This document shows, piece after piece, positions 1 to 13,300 of a stretch of 64,000 nucleotides of DNA. This stretch comes from Lama glama (lineage: Eukaryota). The notes beneath the pieces were generated by a model that was given only the letters and a program-made list of their open reading frames with translations, was not told the origin of the DNA and ran no database searches. The position numbers and the translations under genes were made by a program. How positions within the stretch are numbered: the first letter of the stretch is position 1; every line of letters begins with the position of its first letter. The DNA is taken from contig CM052816.1 in assembly GCA_028534125.1 (NCBI GenBank), forward strand, positions 100,690,001 to 100,754,000. Reading direction: 5' to 3'.

Positions 1-196
1 ACATTCCCACCGGCAGCGTAAGAGGGTTACCTTTCCTCCACACCCTCTCCAGCATTTACTGTTTGTGGAGTTTTTAATGATGGCCATTCTGACCGATGTG
101 AGATGACACCTCATTGTAGTTTTGATTTGCATTTCTCTGATCATTAGTGATACTGAGCATTTTTTCATGTGCCTTTTGGCCATTTGTATGTCTTTG
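1..196 (-). mobile_element. L1 LINE relic (ORF2 C-terminal region), continues off the left edge
   Basis: Typical antisense L1 text: acattcccaccggcag...ctctccagcatttactgtttgt...gatggccattctgacc...cctcattgtagttttgatttgcatttctctga...ttttttcatgtgcc; similarity ends near 196. Confidence 0.9.
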
Positions 197-611
197 CCAA
201 TGTGTGTGTTTTGAAGGCAGACCCATGAGGACACCCCCAGGTGACTGCCCTCCCCAACTGTCTCCTGGGATTTGCAGCCCAGTAGGCTTGTCCTGGGCAC
301 TTCTGCCTGTGTGTGTTTGGGGAGCAGAACTATTCTCCCGATCAGACCTGCTGCAGGGAGAGAGCCCTGCACCGGATTCAAAGATTCCTACTGGAGCTCA
401 AAGGGGCCACTGATTCTGGCACGAGAACCAGCCTCAGTTTCCTCGAATGTCTCTGAAATACATGATGATAAAGGAAAGGACAGACCTGAAAGCCTTATTT
501 AAACACATGCAAGAAATCTTTTCATTTTAAACAGATTTTGCATATTTAATTATACATTTTTACTATGCAGTTGACAATAAGCACTGAAGTAACTTACAGC
601 AAACAGAGACC

Positions 612-765
612 CAGAAACCTGGATGTGGAGACAGGTCCCTGGGGGCTTGTTAAAAGGTGGATTCTGACTCAGTGGGAGCGGGTTGAGGGGAGCAGCCTGC
701 GCGGGCGCATTTCCAACAAGCTCCTGGTGAAGCTGGTGCTCGTGGTCCTGGACTGGTTCTGAGCT
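612..765. mobile_element. MER5A-like hAT-Charlie DNA transposon relic
   Basis: cctgggggcttgttaaaa...gattctgactcagt...gcatttccaacaagctcctggtgaagctggtgctcgtggtcc matches recalled MER5A blocks in order. Confidence 0.65.
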
Positions 766-1482
766 GCAGAGGTTTGGAGAGGCAGCCCGAAGCCAGCTGC
801 CGGGGCTCTCTGTCTTGTCTAACGGGACCGCGTCGTCTAGACCTGCAGGGAGGGTTTGCCTGGCCGGACCCTGCGGCGCCCTTGGTCCCGGACGAGCAGC
901 AGGGTCTCCTTTACTAGGTCGTTGGGCGGTGCTAGACATATGTTAACATCTCGATCTTGGCAAAAATATAGCTTATATCGTAAATCTACATAGCTATTTT
1001 GTTTTGAATAATATATGTAAATTAATGCTTTATTTTCAATGACCTGAAACATGCTATTTGATATTAAAATGTTAGAGAAACAAACTATTGTGTTTAATTT
1101 ATACTATTTTTGAAGCATTCTTTGCTCTTGGAATAATTTTCCAAAAGCAGTAAGTATGATGTCTTCACCTGTAAAACGTGTCACTTAATCACAGCATAAG
1201 ACAAGCTGTCGCTCTGCTACGCGTCTTCTCCGTTCGCAAGTGTACAGAAGACTGAAATACCCCTGCGTCAGGGGGCAGGTGCGCGATTTCTCTGCATGTG
1301 AACGCTCCTCTCTTTTTAAATGATAGTTTCCACTTGAAATCATTTTCCTCTTTCAAGCTATCGCCTGTGCATGTTTTACCCTCGTGTATACCTGGGGACA
1401 AAAGCCGTGGCTCTCAGGGCAGGGGTGGGCGGCCGAGACTGTCTGGGTTGGCCTGATGCCCCTTCTACATGGATATGAAACG

Positions 1483-1640
1483 CTGGCTCTTGCCCCCTGC
1501 TGCATAACAGAATGCTCAGGGAACTTACAAATACACCTTGTCCCGCCACACAGACTCTGACCTAACTAGCCTGGAGTGAGGTCCCACACTGGCATTTTTG
1601 CCGTTCCTAGTGGGCTCCAGAGTTCAGGACCATGGCTACA
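1483..1640. mobile_element. MER5B-like DNA transposon relic (degenerate)
   Basis: ctgctgcataacagaatgctcagggaactt...cagactctgacctaactagcctggagtgaggtccc...ggcattttt follows the recalled MER5B layout; highly diverged. Confidence 0.4.
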
Positions 1641-1982
1641 AGGATTCTCTGGGGTGTTTTATGTTTTTCTCCGCATCATGTGTTTCTGGGGACCACCGGG
1701 GAAGCCACTTCCTGACTCTTCCTGGGATAACATCCTAGCCCAGGGCCCCTGGAGTGAGCATATTTTTAGTCACATTTGATTCTCAAATTCTGTAAACACA
1801 GGTGCACCGTGTTCGTGAAATCTGTCTACTCTTCACAGGCATTTGGCTTAATCTTTTTTAAAAAAGCTGAAATATTGTGTTGCTATCTTTAAAGGGCCCA
1901 GAGAATAGAGAAAACCCTATAAGCGGTACAGGTCGGTCCCCCTTCGGGTCTGCTCTGCTGCGAGCGTCCAAGGCAGGCCAGC

Positions 1983-2328
1983 ACGGTGTCCCCTGGTAGC
2001 CGTGGGGGTCGGCTCCAGGACCACCCCCAGACGCCGAAGTCCACAGTGCTCAAGTCCCTGATATGACACGGAAACTGTACAGTGTTTGCACGTACATGCA
2101 CACATCCTCTCGTGTTGTGAATCATCCCCAATCACTTACAACACCCAGACCAGCGTAGGCACCGTGTAGATTGCTGTAAATACAATGGAAAGGCTATGTG
2201 AATAGCTGCTGGGTGTAGCAAGTGCAAGGTTGGCCTTTTAGAAGTTCTGGAACTTTTTTTCCAAATACGTGCGATTGGCAGTTGGTTGAATCTAAAGATG
2301 TGGAACCGACAATTACAGAGGGCTGAAG
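1983..2328 (+). mobile_element. MER2-like TcMar-Tigger non-autonomous DNA transposon
   Basis: Starts gtcccctggtagccgtgggggtcggctccaggacc...tgctcaagtccctgatat and ends gttggttgaatctaaagatgtggaacc...tacagagggctga, matching both recalled MER2 termini. Confidence 0.8.
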
Positions 2329-2505
2329 ACACACACACACCACACACACGTACACACATACATATACACACATACATACACACATACACATACAAACACA
2401 TACACACACACACGCACATACATACACCCGTACACATACACACACGTACATATACACACATACACACACATACACATACACACACATACACACATATATA
2501 TTTAT
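2329..2505. repeat. (CA/TACA)n compound microsatellite
   Basis: Directly visible; produces the His/Thr and Val/Cys ORFs at 2132-2583. Confidence 0.95.
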
Positions 2506-3939
2506 ACATTGGTTGGCATAAATATTAATTAAACAAATTATTTTCAACCCTTTTTGACTAATTTCAATCGTTGGACATTTCATCTTTCACTGTAAAGTTT
2601 ACAGATGGTTTGTAATTGCTTCTCCATGTTTTGAAATGCATATAACAAAAGCAATTCTGCTAAATACTCCCTTTAAGCGAATTACTACGTGGTTACTACG
2701 GAAAGATAAAGACGTATGTGAGACTGGCCCCGGCGATGTAACTCACGCAAGGCTGTGGGAAAACGAAGGCAGAGGGCTGCACCCGTCACCCACCACCGAC
2801 GGGGAAGCGGGTCCGCGCCACGGATGCAGTTCAGTCCTCACTGCGGGCAAACCTGGCGCTCACCTTCCTCCGTCTTCAGTAGCAGAGCGGCCCTGGGAGC
2901 TCTCAGGGGCCCGTGGTCCCAGAGGGAAGACGCACCTGCTCTGAGCCCTTCTCCCGGCCATGGCCCAGGCGCCCTCCTGACCACCTCTGAGCTCATCAGC
3001 CCCCATAACTCAAGTCCCGGGGCGCCTCCTGCCCACTCCCCGCCTGGTCTCCGGCTCGTCCCTTCCGCCCGCTGACCGCTCTGCCTGCTGCAGAGGGAAG
3101 ACGCAGACACTTCCTCCGGGGGAGCAGAGAGGCTGAGATGGAGCGGCGGGGTGGACACGGGTGTGCGGTCCCTCGAAGAGAGGAAGGACATGGAACCACA
3201 TGAAGTGGACCACAAGCAGACAATCAGAAAGAAAAAAGATGTACGAACATGTGGACGCTGCTCCTCTAAACCCTCCCACTTTCTTCCAGTTGGATTTTCC
3301 ATGGATATCTCGGCCTTTATGCTCAAACCATGGGTCCGCTCACTAGTTAACGCGTAATATGCGATCTTGGGTGACACTGGGTGAGCGCTGGGTCAGCTGA
3401 GCGGGGTCAGACTGCGTAGAGCTTAGATGGGATTCCAGGACATGGGACGGGCTGGGTGGGCGAGGAAAGGCCACTGATGGTCACCAAAAGAAGAAAGAAG
3501 AAGAAGACAACAGGGGTGTGCACAAGGGGAACTACGGGAAGGGTGGACGGGCTGAGGACGAAGTGCAGACGAGGTGAGGAAGCAGTAAGGGCAAGGTGGT
3601 GCAGATGCAGTGGGCGGGGGGTGAGGGGGGTGCCGGGTCAAGGTGGGCTGAGGACGGACAAGGGGGGGACCCTGTCCAGGGACGGGCATGACTACTTTGC
3701 TGGGTCCTCGTTAGAAACGTGACTCATTAAAGCTACTCCCACAGTCTGAGTGAATTAAGTTTCTTTTTAAGCCCACTCCACACCCCTGTCATGGAACCCC
3801 GCTTCAGTACTGTGCACGGGTGACGTCTGAGGCAACGTCCCAAGCACATTCTGGCACAGTCTTCCACACGCGCACAGGGCGGACTGTCTACCCCTGCAAC
3901 ATTTCTAACGTTCTTGCCTACCTGGAAGCTAATTCCAGG

Positions 3940-4720
3940 TTTTTAATATCATGGCTTTTGATTGATCACAGCAAAGCTTGCTTGCACTTTTAAGGAGACT
4001 GAAAGAAAAGGCGGCTATCTTAGGTCTCCTGTGCAGTTCAGAGTCCTCTCTTGTTCTGTTTCCGATGTTAATTAGCGTAAGGGAGACTGCCGGTCATGAC
4101 GGAGCCCTCAGCTCGCTCGCAAGCCCTCAGACACTGCGCACTAACCTTTAATCACTGCAGTAGAGAAGAGGCACGTGCTACTGGCGGTGCGTCTTGGTCC
4201 CTTTGCTGCGAGTCCCTCCCTGGGGCCCCGTAATTGCTTTAGCCAACCATTAACCCAAGCAAGGAACTAATGGAGAGTATATTATTGTTTGAATAATGCA
4301 TTTGCTTTGAATATACAATCATGGAGCGGGGACGGGCAGCCAAGGGAGGGCTGTGATTTAGCAGGGATCTCCAGCAAGTGCATTCCTCAGTGTTGTCCGT
4401 CCCCAGAGCTCTGAAAATAGTGTATTCATTGTCTTAGCCCTCATCATAAACACGGCCGTGTCTGTCCCAGAGCGGGGCCAGGAGCTTGCGAGCTCCAGCC
4501 TCTCCTCGCGTCCCAGCATCCCACAGCAGCCCTGACCCCTCATCGATTAGCCGGTGACCTGCATCAGTGACTAATAAATTGGGCTAAATGATCATTTAGT
4601 TGCTGTCACCACTGGAGAAAGATGTTGGCCTCTGTTGAGCAACCAATTTGAGTCGAGTTTAGCAGACATTCACCGAGAGTCTCTTACGGGCTATTCACTG
4701 CGGGCTTATATAGGTGAGCA
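3940..4720. promoter_or_regulatory. Candidate conserved non-coding element / enhancer
   Basis: Repeat-free and locally AT-richer; TGATTGAT 3959, TTAATTAG 4068, TAATTG 4231, CTGTCA 4603, palindrome CTAAATGATCATTTAG 4584-4599. Conservation not tested. Confidence 0.4.
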
Positions 4721-6848
4721 AGCTGGGGACATTAACCTCCAGCGCCTATATCTCGTCAGAGTGGAGAGATCACGGACTAGCGTGAGGTGCAGCTTGGAAG
4801 CTGCAACCGGTTAAATACCCAGCTTGGCGGCCTCTCCCCACAGAGACCCCGGGGCCCCGGTTTGAAGGACAGGCTGTGTGTTGGCCGGTCCGCGTGGAGG
4901 GAGCCCCCACGCCACCCAGGCTCGAGAACTTTCCGTGAGAAGCAGCAACAGCCCGGGGACGGGAGGCTCTGCCAGGGGCTGGGGCGGGAGAGGCGTCCAG
5001 GTCTCCTCCTGGGGGGCCCTCAGAGGGACACGGGTCTGCTCTCCCGCCCCTGGGGAAGGGGGCCGGTCACGGCTTCCACAGGAGGAACGTTGCACGCTCA
5101 GAGCTCTGCTTTAGGGAGACTCCTGGGAGCCCAGTCGGAGGTGTGAGGTCAGCAGACGTCAGACGGAGGCAGACACCGGGAGAGCCCGGCAGGAGGTCAG
5201 GGAGGCCGCGGCCGCTGCGGTCTCACGTGTAACCGCGTCTCCTTCTCATGATGACTTCGCATGTGGATCATTATCCTCCCTCGTGCCAATGAGAAACTGA
5301 GCTCGGGGTAAACGGCCAACAGCCCAGATGAGATTGTCAGTACAAGGTGGCATCTGAACTGAGACAGTGTGGCATAACCAGGCCCAGGGACGGAGACGTC
5401 ACAGAGGCCACAGCGGCGCGAGGCCACTGAGCCTCCGGAAGCCGGGTTGAGCACCTCTCAGAGAAGCTACGCGTCCCGCCCTACTCCCGCGGCTGGTCAG
5501 ATCTGCCCTGGAGGCAGATGAGTGGGCACAACTGGGCAGGCCACATGCAGAGGTGGTGACGGGGCTCAGGGCAGCTCAGCCAGGTTCACAGGAACCAGTG
5601 CCAGCCCGGTGGGGACACGGCCATGCACTGGGACCCCGTGGCCCTGCCCTGAGGCTTCCACGGAGGGCCCGCATGGGGGAAGGGCCTGCAGAGAAGGCCG
5701 TGGCTTCAAGTGGGTCGGAGCAGAAGGCCGGCTGCCTCTCACTAGGCAGACGGCTAACCCGGGGACCCGCAGCCTCAGGGAGACGGGATGTGCTGGGTCC
5801 CACTGCCGTCTTAGCCCTAGTGGGCGAGGGGCCTGTGCAGTCTGCCTGCTGGGTCTCCTCGGGCCACTGCAGAGCACGGCCACCAAGGTCCCAGCTGGGA
5901 GATTTCTGCTTCAACCTTGCCGGCCACGCAGGGCTGCTCAGCGTGCGTGCTGGCCACGGACCTGCCAGCACCAGGAAGCTCTCTGCCTCTCCCCAGGCGT
6001 GTCTTGGAGTTTGTCTGCTTGCTTGTTTGTAAGAAGCAAGGTGACGTGGGAAGGGGGCACCACCTGCCTGAGGGTCACAAGGACCAAGCAGCTTAAAGGT
6101 AGAGAAGACTCGCCTGCTGAGCCGTGAGCAAGGGGCCCGCTTCTCTCCTCTCCTCACTTGGCCCTGGAAGTGTGCGCTGGCTTCCGTCCGTCCCCAGAGT
6201 GCCCTGCCGTCGCCTCAGAACAAAGGAAGAGAAACCCGTCAGCAGCTGCGCCAGCAGCGGGGGGCAAACCGCCGCGCGCCGCGCACCGGGCTGGGTTTCT
6301 GGCTGGTGGTCTTGAAAGTGAAAATTAACTCAAGCAATTTTGAACACTTAAATGAGTATCTTTAGCTTCTCAGAAGCGGCTGCCACAGCCCCGTGCTGGA
6401 GGCAGTGTTCCTGCCCTTGCCAAGCGTTTAGCCTCGTGTGTGGGAGCCGTCCGGCCGCGAGCTGAGGGGTCCACACACACTCCCACCTCGGCGCGTGCGG
6501 GGTGGGCGGCAGAGGCCGCTCGCAGGGAAGCGGCTCCCAGGCAGGCGCTCAGCGTCTAGGGAGTGTGTAGTCTTCTTGCCCTGTTTATGTCAAAATTCAG
6601 CGCTGGGAGGACGATGCAAAGTCTATCAATGGGTCGCTAAACTAAATGCCAGTTGCCGCAGTCCCGGTGGGACGGGGTGTAGACAGTCAGAGGGGCGTGT
6701 GCGCGCACGTTTACTCGGTGTGGACTCAGAGGGGGTGGGTCACTAGCCCCAGGATCGTCCAGCCCAGTGACGGGGGTTGAGTCTGCGCTCGAGTTCTGTG
6801 CTCTAGCTCCCCTCCTGAGTGCTTGCTCCAGGTGAGCGGCGTGTCAGG

Positions 6849-7292
6849 GTTTATCAGTCAGAGTTCTCCAGACAAACAGAACCAACAGGATGGTAAGATG
6901 ATAGACAGACAGACAGACAGACAGACAACGAAGCACTGGCTCGCACAGCTATAGAGGCAAGACGGAGGCCCGGTCTGAGTCTGAAGGCCGAGACCCAGCA
7001 GCGCTGATGGCGAAGATTCCAGCCTGAGTCCAGGCCCAGAGTCGGGAGGAGACTGATGTCCCAACTCAAAGACGAGCAGAGAGGGAGCCAGTCCCCCTCA
7101 CTCGCCTGGCTGTCTGCTCAGGCCTTCAGTGGACTGGACGGCTCCCACCCCGTTGGGAGGGGCTGTCTGCTTTCCCCAGTCGTCTGATTCAAATGCTTCC
7201 CCCACCGGAGCACCCTCGCAGACACGCCCAGAGAGCTCAGTCAGATATCTGGGTGCCCCACGGCCGGCTGACGCAGGAAATCGACCCCCCCC
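6849..7292 (-). mobile_element. MLT2-family ERVL solo LTR
   Basis: agtcagagttctccagacaaacagaaccaacagga, a (GACA)n tract, ctgagtctgaaggcc, gatgtcccaactcaa, gattcaaatgct, caccctcgcagacacgcccaga, atctgggtgcccc: reverse complement of the recalled MLT2B/C consensus. Confidence 0.85.
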
Positions 7293-7969
7293 GCTAGCCG
7301 CACCCCAGCGGAGGCTCAAAGCGAAGACGCGCAGCACTCGCCCCCCAGAAACCTAGTGCGTCGATGCGGAGTGTCCGGTAAGGGTCGCACTGCCACCTGC
7401 ACTACGGCGATGAGGAGACTGAAGCCTTAATTGACTAGGATGAGCTTTCCTTCTGCATCAGCCAGGGCAGTGATGTGCGGAGGTGTCCACAGCAGCCGGA
7501 CGCTGTTTCTGAAGGAGAGGAGGGGCAGCGGAAGCGGAGACCCGGAAGCCTGGTGCGCACGCTGAGCGGGCAGAGGCAGCGTTGGGCACACTTGTCTCCA
7601 TCCACCCCTCCCCCTCCGTCTTCACCCTTCATCCTCTGTCTTCACGGCTCCTTCTTTTTCTCCTCAAGTCTTTTTTTAGAAACATTTCCTTATTGTGACT
7701 CCATAAGAATAATTTCCTTAAAAAGTTGCAACATTTTTCATGTCATATTTCATTCTTTAGTTTGGGTACCAGGCACTTAGGGAGCCCCTGCCCCTATTTC
7801 GTATTCGCCACTTTCCTGGCCCCAGGTCTTAGGGAGTCTGCCCTTGCTCCTGAGTTTGGGCACCACCTCTACTGCCTGCAAACTTCCGTGTAGCTGTGGG
7901 TGTTTCTGGTCTTCCTCTCCTGCTCTGTTGTCTGCTGCTGCACCAGCATCGTGGCGTCTTTGTTGCTGT

Positions 7970-8412
7970 GTGGATTAGCTTCCTGGGGCTGTTATAGCAA
8001 AGTACCGCAAGCCGGGCAACTGAAAACAACAGCAATTTATTATCAGAGTCCTGGGGACCAGAAGTCCTACATCACGGTGTTGCAGGGCCACGCCGTCTCT
8101 GAGGCTCTAGGGGAGAATCCATCCGTGGCTCTTCCAGCTTCTGGCGGATGCTGCAGTCCTCGGTGTTCCTTGGCTTCTAGGAGCGTCATTCCAACCTCTG
8201 CCTCCACGTCCCCGTACGCTCCCCTCTCTCTGCGTGTCTGTCCCCGTGTCTTCTCCTCCTCTTTTGAGCTCAGTAGTCATACCAGATTTAGAGCCCACCT
8301 ACTCCAATGAGATCTCACGTGGCTAATTATTTCCACACAGACCCTCTTTCACAGGTGCCAGCAGTTAGGACATGAACACATCGTTTTGAAGAACACAATT
8401 CAAGTCACAACA
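7970..8412 (-). mobile_element. MLT1 (MaLR) solo LTR, MLT1B/C-like
   Basis: attagcttcctggggctg...aaagtacc...aaaacaacagcaatttatt...ctctgaggctctagggagaatcc...cttccagcttctggcgg...gttaggacatgaacacatc...acacaattcaagtcacaaca. Confidence 0.85.
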
Positions 8413-8479
8413 CATGGTTTTATAGTACATTTTGGTAGTTAATAGGACAATCTTATCGTTTTTTTCCCCTACAGAAAAA

Positions 8480-10300
8480 GTACCTTGAGCCCCTTTCAAT
8501 CACCTTGAACAACCCAGTAAGATTTTTTATTGGCATTGCATTAAATGTATAGATCAGTTTAGGAAAAACAGATCTTTACATCTATCAATATATCTTTCTG
8601 TTTGTTTAGACTTTCTTTAATAAGTAAGCTTACCTATAATAAAATTGTGTCATTTTCTTCAAAAAATTGTATGCAGACTCTTTTATACATCATTGTGACT
8701 AGCGTATTTTTTTAAATCGTGTATTTATTTTTTCTGATTTATTAAGATTAATTTTCATATGTTGAGTTTATATGTAGAAAATACACTGATTTCTATATTG
8801 AGCTAGTAGTCTGTGGATTTCCCTGGATTTTCTATATAGAAAAGTTGTATTGCCTGAGAAAAGAATATTGCAGCCTCTTCCGTGACAGGTGAACACTTTT
8901 CCTGCATTATCGCAATGGCGAGGGCTTTAAGTGAAATACAGAAATAAAAGCTTACTAGTAAGTGTTCTTGGCTTGTTCCTCCTCCGTGACATTTGTTGTA
9001 AGCTTTCTAGTAGATATGCCTTCAGGTTAAGAGGGCTTTCTTCTGTTCGTAATTGAAAAGATTTTTTTTTAGAAGAAATCATGAATTGGTGGTAAATCGT
9101 ATCAGACGCTTTTTATGCAGCTACTGTCACAGATACAGGCTTCTTTTCTTCATTTAATTAGTTTATATGGCAAGTTTCTTTAATACGTTTCCTAATATTA
9201 AACCTCCTTGCATTTCGGGGATAAGCTCAGCTTGTTCAAAAGGTACTACCATTACTTTTTAAGTTAATTCTTCACTGAATTCAGTTGGTTGATTTTGTTT
9301 GGTATGTTGTGTGTTCAACAGTGAGATTGGCCTATGGTTTTTATTTTTCATGATGATCTCATCTTATCTGTGCATCAGATTTTGCATCTTTGATGTTCCG
9401 CTCAGAGCCGCTTACTTCACAGTCTTTTGCTGTTGTCAGCCTCCGGTGTGCAGCACAGTGCACAGCGGCTTCACTCTTGAATGAGGTCTTCCTTCAGAAA
9501 CCCACAAGTCTGGGTTGACAGCATGGTAGGTAAGCCATCTGTTGCCCTTGGCTGTTTTTAGAAACCTGACATTTGTCTCCAAGATTCTGCAGTTTTACTA
9601 GAAGAAGTCTAGGGTTAGAAGTTTTTCTTTGTTTATCCTGTTCGGGGTTGTTGGGAACCAAAATCTGTCAGTAGATATTTTATCAATCCTGGAAGATACT
9701 GTTAGTTTTTCAAGTATTGTTTTCTCCTGTTTCCTGTCTTTGCACCACCTCGGGGTCTGATTAGAGCTATTAGATCTGCTTACTTAATTTTCTTTTTTTA
9801 TTAAATACTTTCTTTTATGGTTTCTATCACCTTCTGTCTTGGCTGCATTCCAGACAATTTCCCCAGAGCTTTCTCCCAGTTAACTAGCTACCTTTCAGGT
9901 GTCTCGAATTCTGTGCACTGTCACTAATATTTAGGGTTTTGTTTTGTTTTTTTGAGAGCATTTTTTTAGTTCTACTAGTTCTTCTTCGTACTGTTTCAAA
10001 TATGACATTTTCTATTGTCTCTGTTCTTTTCAAATAATTCTTTCTTTAAAGATTTTTAAATATGCCTGCTTATATTATACATCTATGAATATTCAAATAT
10101 CTGAAGTCTTTTAGTATTTCCCGCCCCTTTGTGTTCATGCCGATTTTGTTCTGTGGGTTTCCTGCACTTCCAAGTTGTAAACTGACGCTGGGAATTCTGG
10201 AGGGTTTGTGTGGTGATATTTCTTCTAGAGTTTTTCATTTGCTTCTATAATTTGTCTTGAGTCGATACCAGCCTAGTGTCTCTTCAACTTAGTTTACTGG
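8480..10300 (-). mobile_element. Ancient L1 (L1M/L1ME-type) relic, ORF2 and ORF1-like segments
   Basis: T-rich block with antisense L1 motifs (ttttattggcattgcattaaatgtatagatcagtttagg; aatattaaacctccttgcatttcggggataagctcagcttg; gtgagattggcctat; tttgtttatcctg). Confidence 0.7.
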
Positions 10301-13300
10301 CTTGAATGTTTTACACATTACAGATAATCCAGTTTGCCTATACGAGGGAAAAATGTGCATAAATGTTCTAATGTACACTATTTCCCCTCCTCGAGCTATG
10401 ACTCCATTTGAAAACAAGCAGACTTTATGTTTTTCTCACCCTCCCCTTCCTCAGCAGACACCACTATTAGCCTATCTCATATTATTTTCTTTTATTTTCA
10501 ACTTGAAGGATTTTATTCTAGGCATATTTCTACTTCTAACTAAAGGACGTGACTTGCAGGCTCCTTTGCAGGGAGGGTGGCTGATGGGCAACGAGACATG
10601 AGCAGGCTTCTACCTAACGGACATTCCCAGGACACTGCCCTGTCCTTGACCAAAAAGGACAGACTTATCATCAGGCCATCTTGCAAGAACGTGGAGAGAG
10701 ATGCTGGTCAGGTGCTCGTGGAACATTCTAGACTCCTCACAGCCCTGGGCTGATGACCTCTGGATGAGCGTTACAAGAGACAAGCACGCCTTCACCTGCT
10801 TAAGCGGCGGTAGCTCGGTCCTCGCGACACGCAGCCGAGCGTGATCTCTGACGCCCCCGCCTTCCACAGACGTGCGGTCTTCAACCGTCTCAGCTCGACC
10901 TGGAGTCTCACCTAACTCCCCTCCGTTGCTCACCCAGGACAACAGAAGCAACGGAACCCCCGTCTTCCGGGTCCCAGGGCCGGCGAAAGTCCTCAGAGAA
11001 GCCTTGGCTCACTCTGGTTTTAACCCCTGGTCTTCGGCTCCTGGGCGCTCTCCCTGGGGGGGCTGGTCGCTCTGTCCTGGCTTCCTCCAGAAAGCGGGGC
11101 TAGTGATGGCGCCGCCTGGGCAGGCAGTGTGGGGCTCAGCGCGTCAGTCCGCGCAGGGAGCTCAGACTTGCCCCCGACACACAGAGAGCTCTTCTCCGTT
11201 AACGGCAGCTCTGGGGTCACACGGACTGTGGAAGTGGGCTTGGGGTCGCAGCCGCCTCCTTTTCTGTGGATCGTGGTTCCCGCTGAGGGTGGTTCTTGCC
11301 CTCAGTGACCGCAATCAGCACCAGCTTGAAGGACAGAACGTCGGGGGGAGGCGCAGTGCTGGAAAAGACGGCGCAAGAGGAAAGGAGGGCGAGGGCAGAC
11401 AGACAGGAGGCATGTTTCCAAAATGCTACCGAATTAACTCCACATACAGGACAGCGATACTCAAACTGCTGACAAGAGACAAAGCAGCGGCATTAGATCC
11501 GGAGTGGCTGGTGTGTGGTCTACACATTCGACAACACAATGGAGAGTGTGAGCAATTCTTGAAAGTTCAGAATGAAAAGTCATACCTAGGAAAATCAGGT
11601 TTCAGGCATCAATCACGCATGTTGGTTATTTGGATTGAATTAACTGGGAACATAACTGTGTACCAGTCTGCAAAGATGACCTCTCTTCTCAGCAAAGCCC
11701 TTCTCTGGGGCCAGGACTTGGAAGAAAGGAACAAATACATTAAAACACTTCTTTGGGCGCTTGGAGAATTTGCAGGATAATGTCTGTAATGAACCCTAAG
11801 CTTCTCAAAGAGTAAATCTTTGCCAAATCACACAGGGAGGCTCATTAGAATGGCGTCCTCAGGAGAGGCCGGGCCAGGTGAGCGCTGTGCGGTGGGACAA
11901 TGACAGCCCGGCGGTCTGTGGCGAGGCGGCCCCGCGGCCCCTGCAGACAGCCCTTCTGCAGCACAGAAGACGGAAGGCCACTTGGCACGTGAGTGAGTGT
12001 CATGCTCTTCAAAGGCCAGCTCCTTCGTCGCGGGCTTTGTGTGCAGGTGCCTCTAAAGTGTCCTCTCTTTGTGTGTTTAACAAGCCTCCTCCTTTGTGGA
12101 AGGTGCTGGATAAAACGCCCTCACCTTCAGTTCTCTTGCAGCCTATCAAGGTAAGGCTCGGACTTCAACACAAGCACACAAATAGCCCAAAAACAGAGCC
12201 CTGCACGTTCTGTGGCTTCTGTGCTTCGTCCCGGGAGAGCAGGGGCACTGTTCCCGGAGAGTTTGTGCCCACAGGGCCGCGTCCTCAGACGGTGTAGAGG
12301 CAGGAAGGGGGCTGAAGGCTTTCCAATAAGCGTGGGATTCTGCAATCTGACCGTGACCCCTGCCTCAGTTTCCCCATCCGTGAGGTGGGCAGGTGGCCCT
12401 GGCAGCTCTGCCCTCGGGGTAAGTGGCCTGTTTCGTGCCTGTTCTCACTGACTTCACCGGCCCCGTGTCCGCGCCCCTCACAGACGCAGGTGGGAGGGCG
12501 GACCAGGGAGTCTGGACCTTCTCACGGGCCGACCCTGGGCCGGCTGCCCCTCCGTGCATCCAGGAGGCTGAGGACCACTGCTGCTCCGGGACACGCCTGC
12601 ATCTCTCTTTCAAACCTCACTGACCTCAGAGAGACCCCGCTTCACGCCCAGTCCGATGGACTTGCGGAACAAGGGCCTGAACCGTGGCAGGGCCAGTGGC
12701 GGCTCCCGGGGACTCTGCTGCCACTTCCGGCCCCCGATGCACAGCTCGGGTCCCCGAGGTGATGGACGTAAGACACGCAGAAAGCCCAGAAGAGCACGCC
12801 ACTGCCGGACTTCGGCAGTTATCTGAAGGACACCTCGCGGGCGCCATACGCTTTCTAGAGCTTATTTTCAATGTGAAACACATTTCCTTTAATTTAGAGA
12901 AGCCCGTGTGCGCCCACGCCCTTGTCTGAACCCTGCACCACTGCGTGGGTCCAGGCACGATGGCCGGGAACTCCAGCTGCTGCTGCTTTTCCCTCCAGAG
13001 CCGTCCTCGCGGTGCGGCCTGTCACTTAGCCGTGGTTCACGGTGAGCCGCACTTGGGGTGAGGGTGGACAGTGACAGTGGGTCCTCCCTCCCCTGCTCCC
13101 TCCCGCAGTAACAACTGAAAACCGAGGGCCAGACAGGTAAACCACTTTGCAGAGACCGTGGTCCAGAGTTTCCCTGGAAATGTCAAGAGTGCATAAGGGT
13201 CTTCCAAGCACCTCTGGAAAGTCTGCAGGCTCAGGACATGGCTTCGGGAACTTAAATGAGTCCTGTATTCAGATGACCAAGCAAGAGGTCTTGATGTAAG

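Noticed and set aside
2920..3105. 15-bp direct repeat cagagggaagacgca, 171 bp apart
   Set aside because: No recognisable insert or poly(A) between the copies; cannot be supported as a TSD.
10872..11780. Longest ORF (302 aa)
   Set aside because: Starts at GTG, has no recognisable domain and changes composition midway; the 3' part may be a decayed LINE. No credible exon structure.
425..13160. Possible MIR core remnants (about 430, 5270, 12360, 13110)
   Set aside because: Only short cctcagtttcc/gaaactgag-like matches; too weak to delimit without a profile search.
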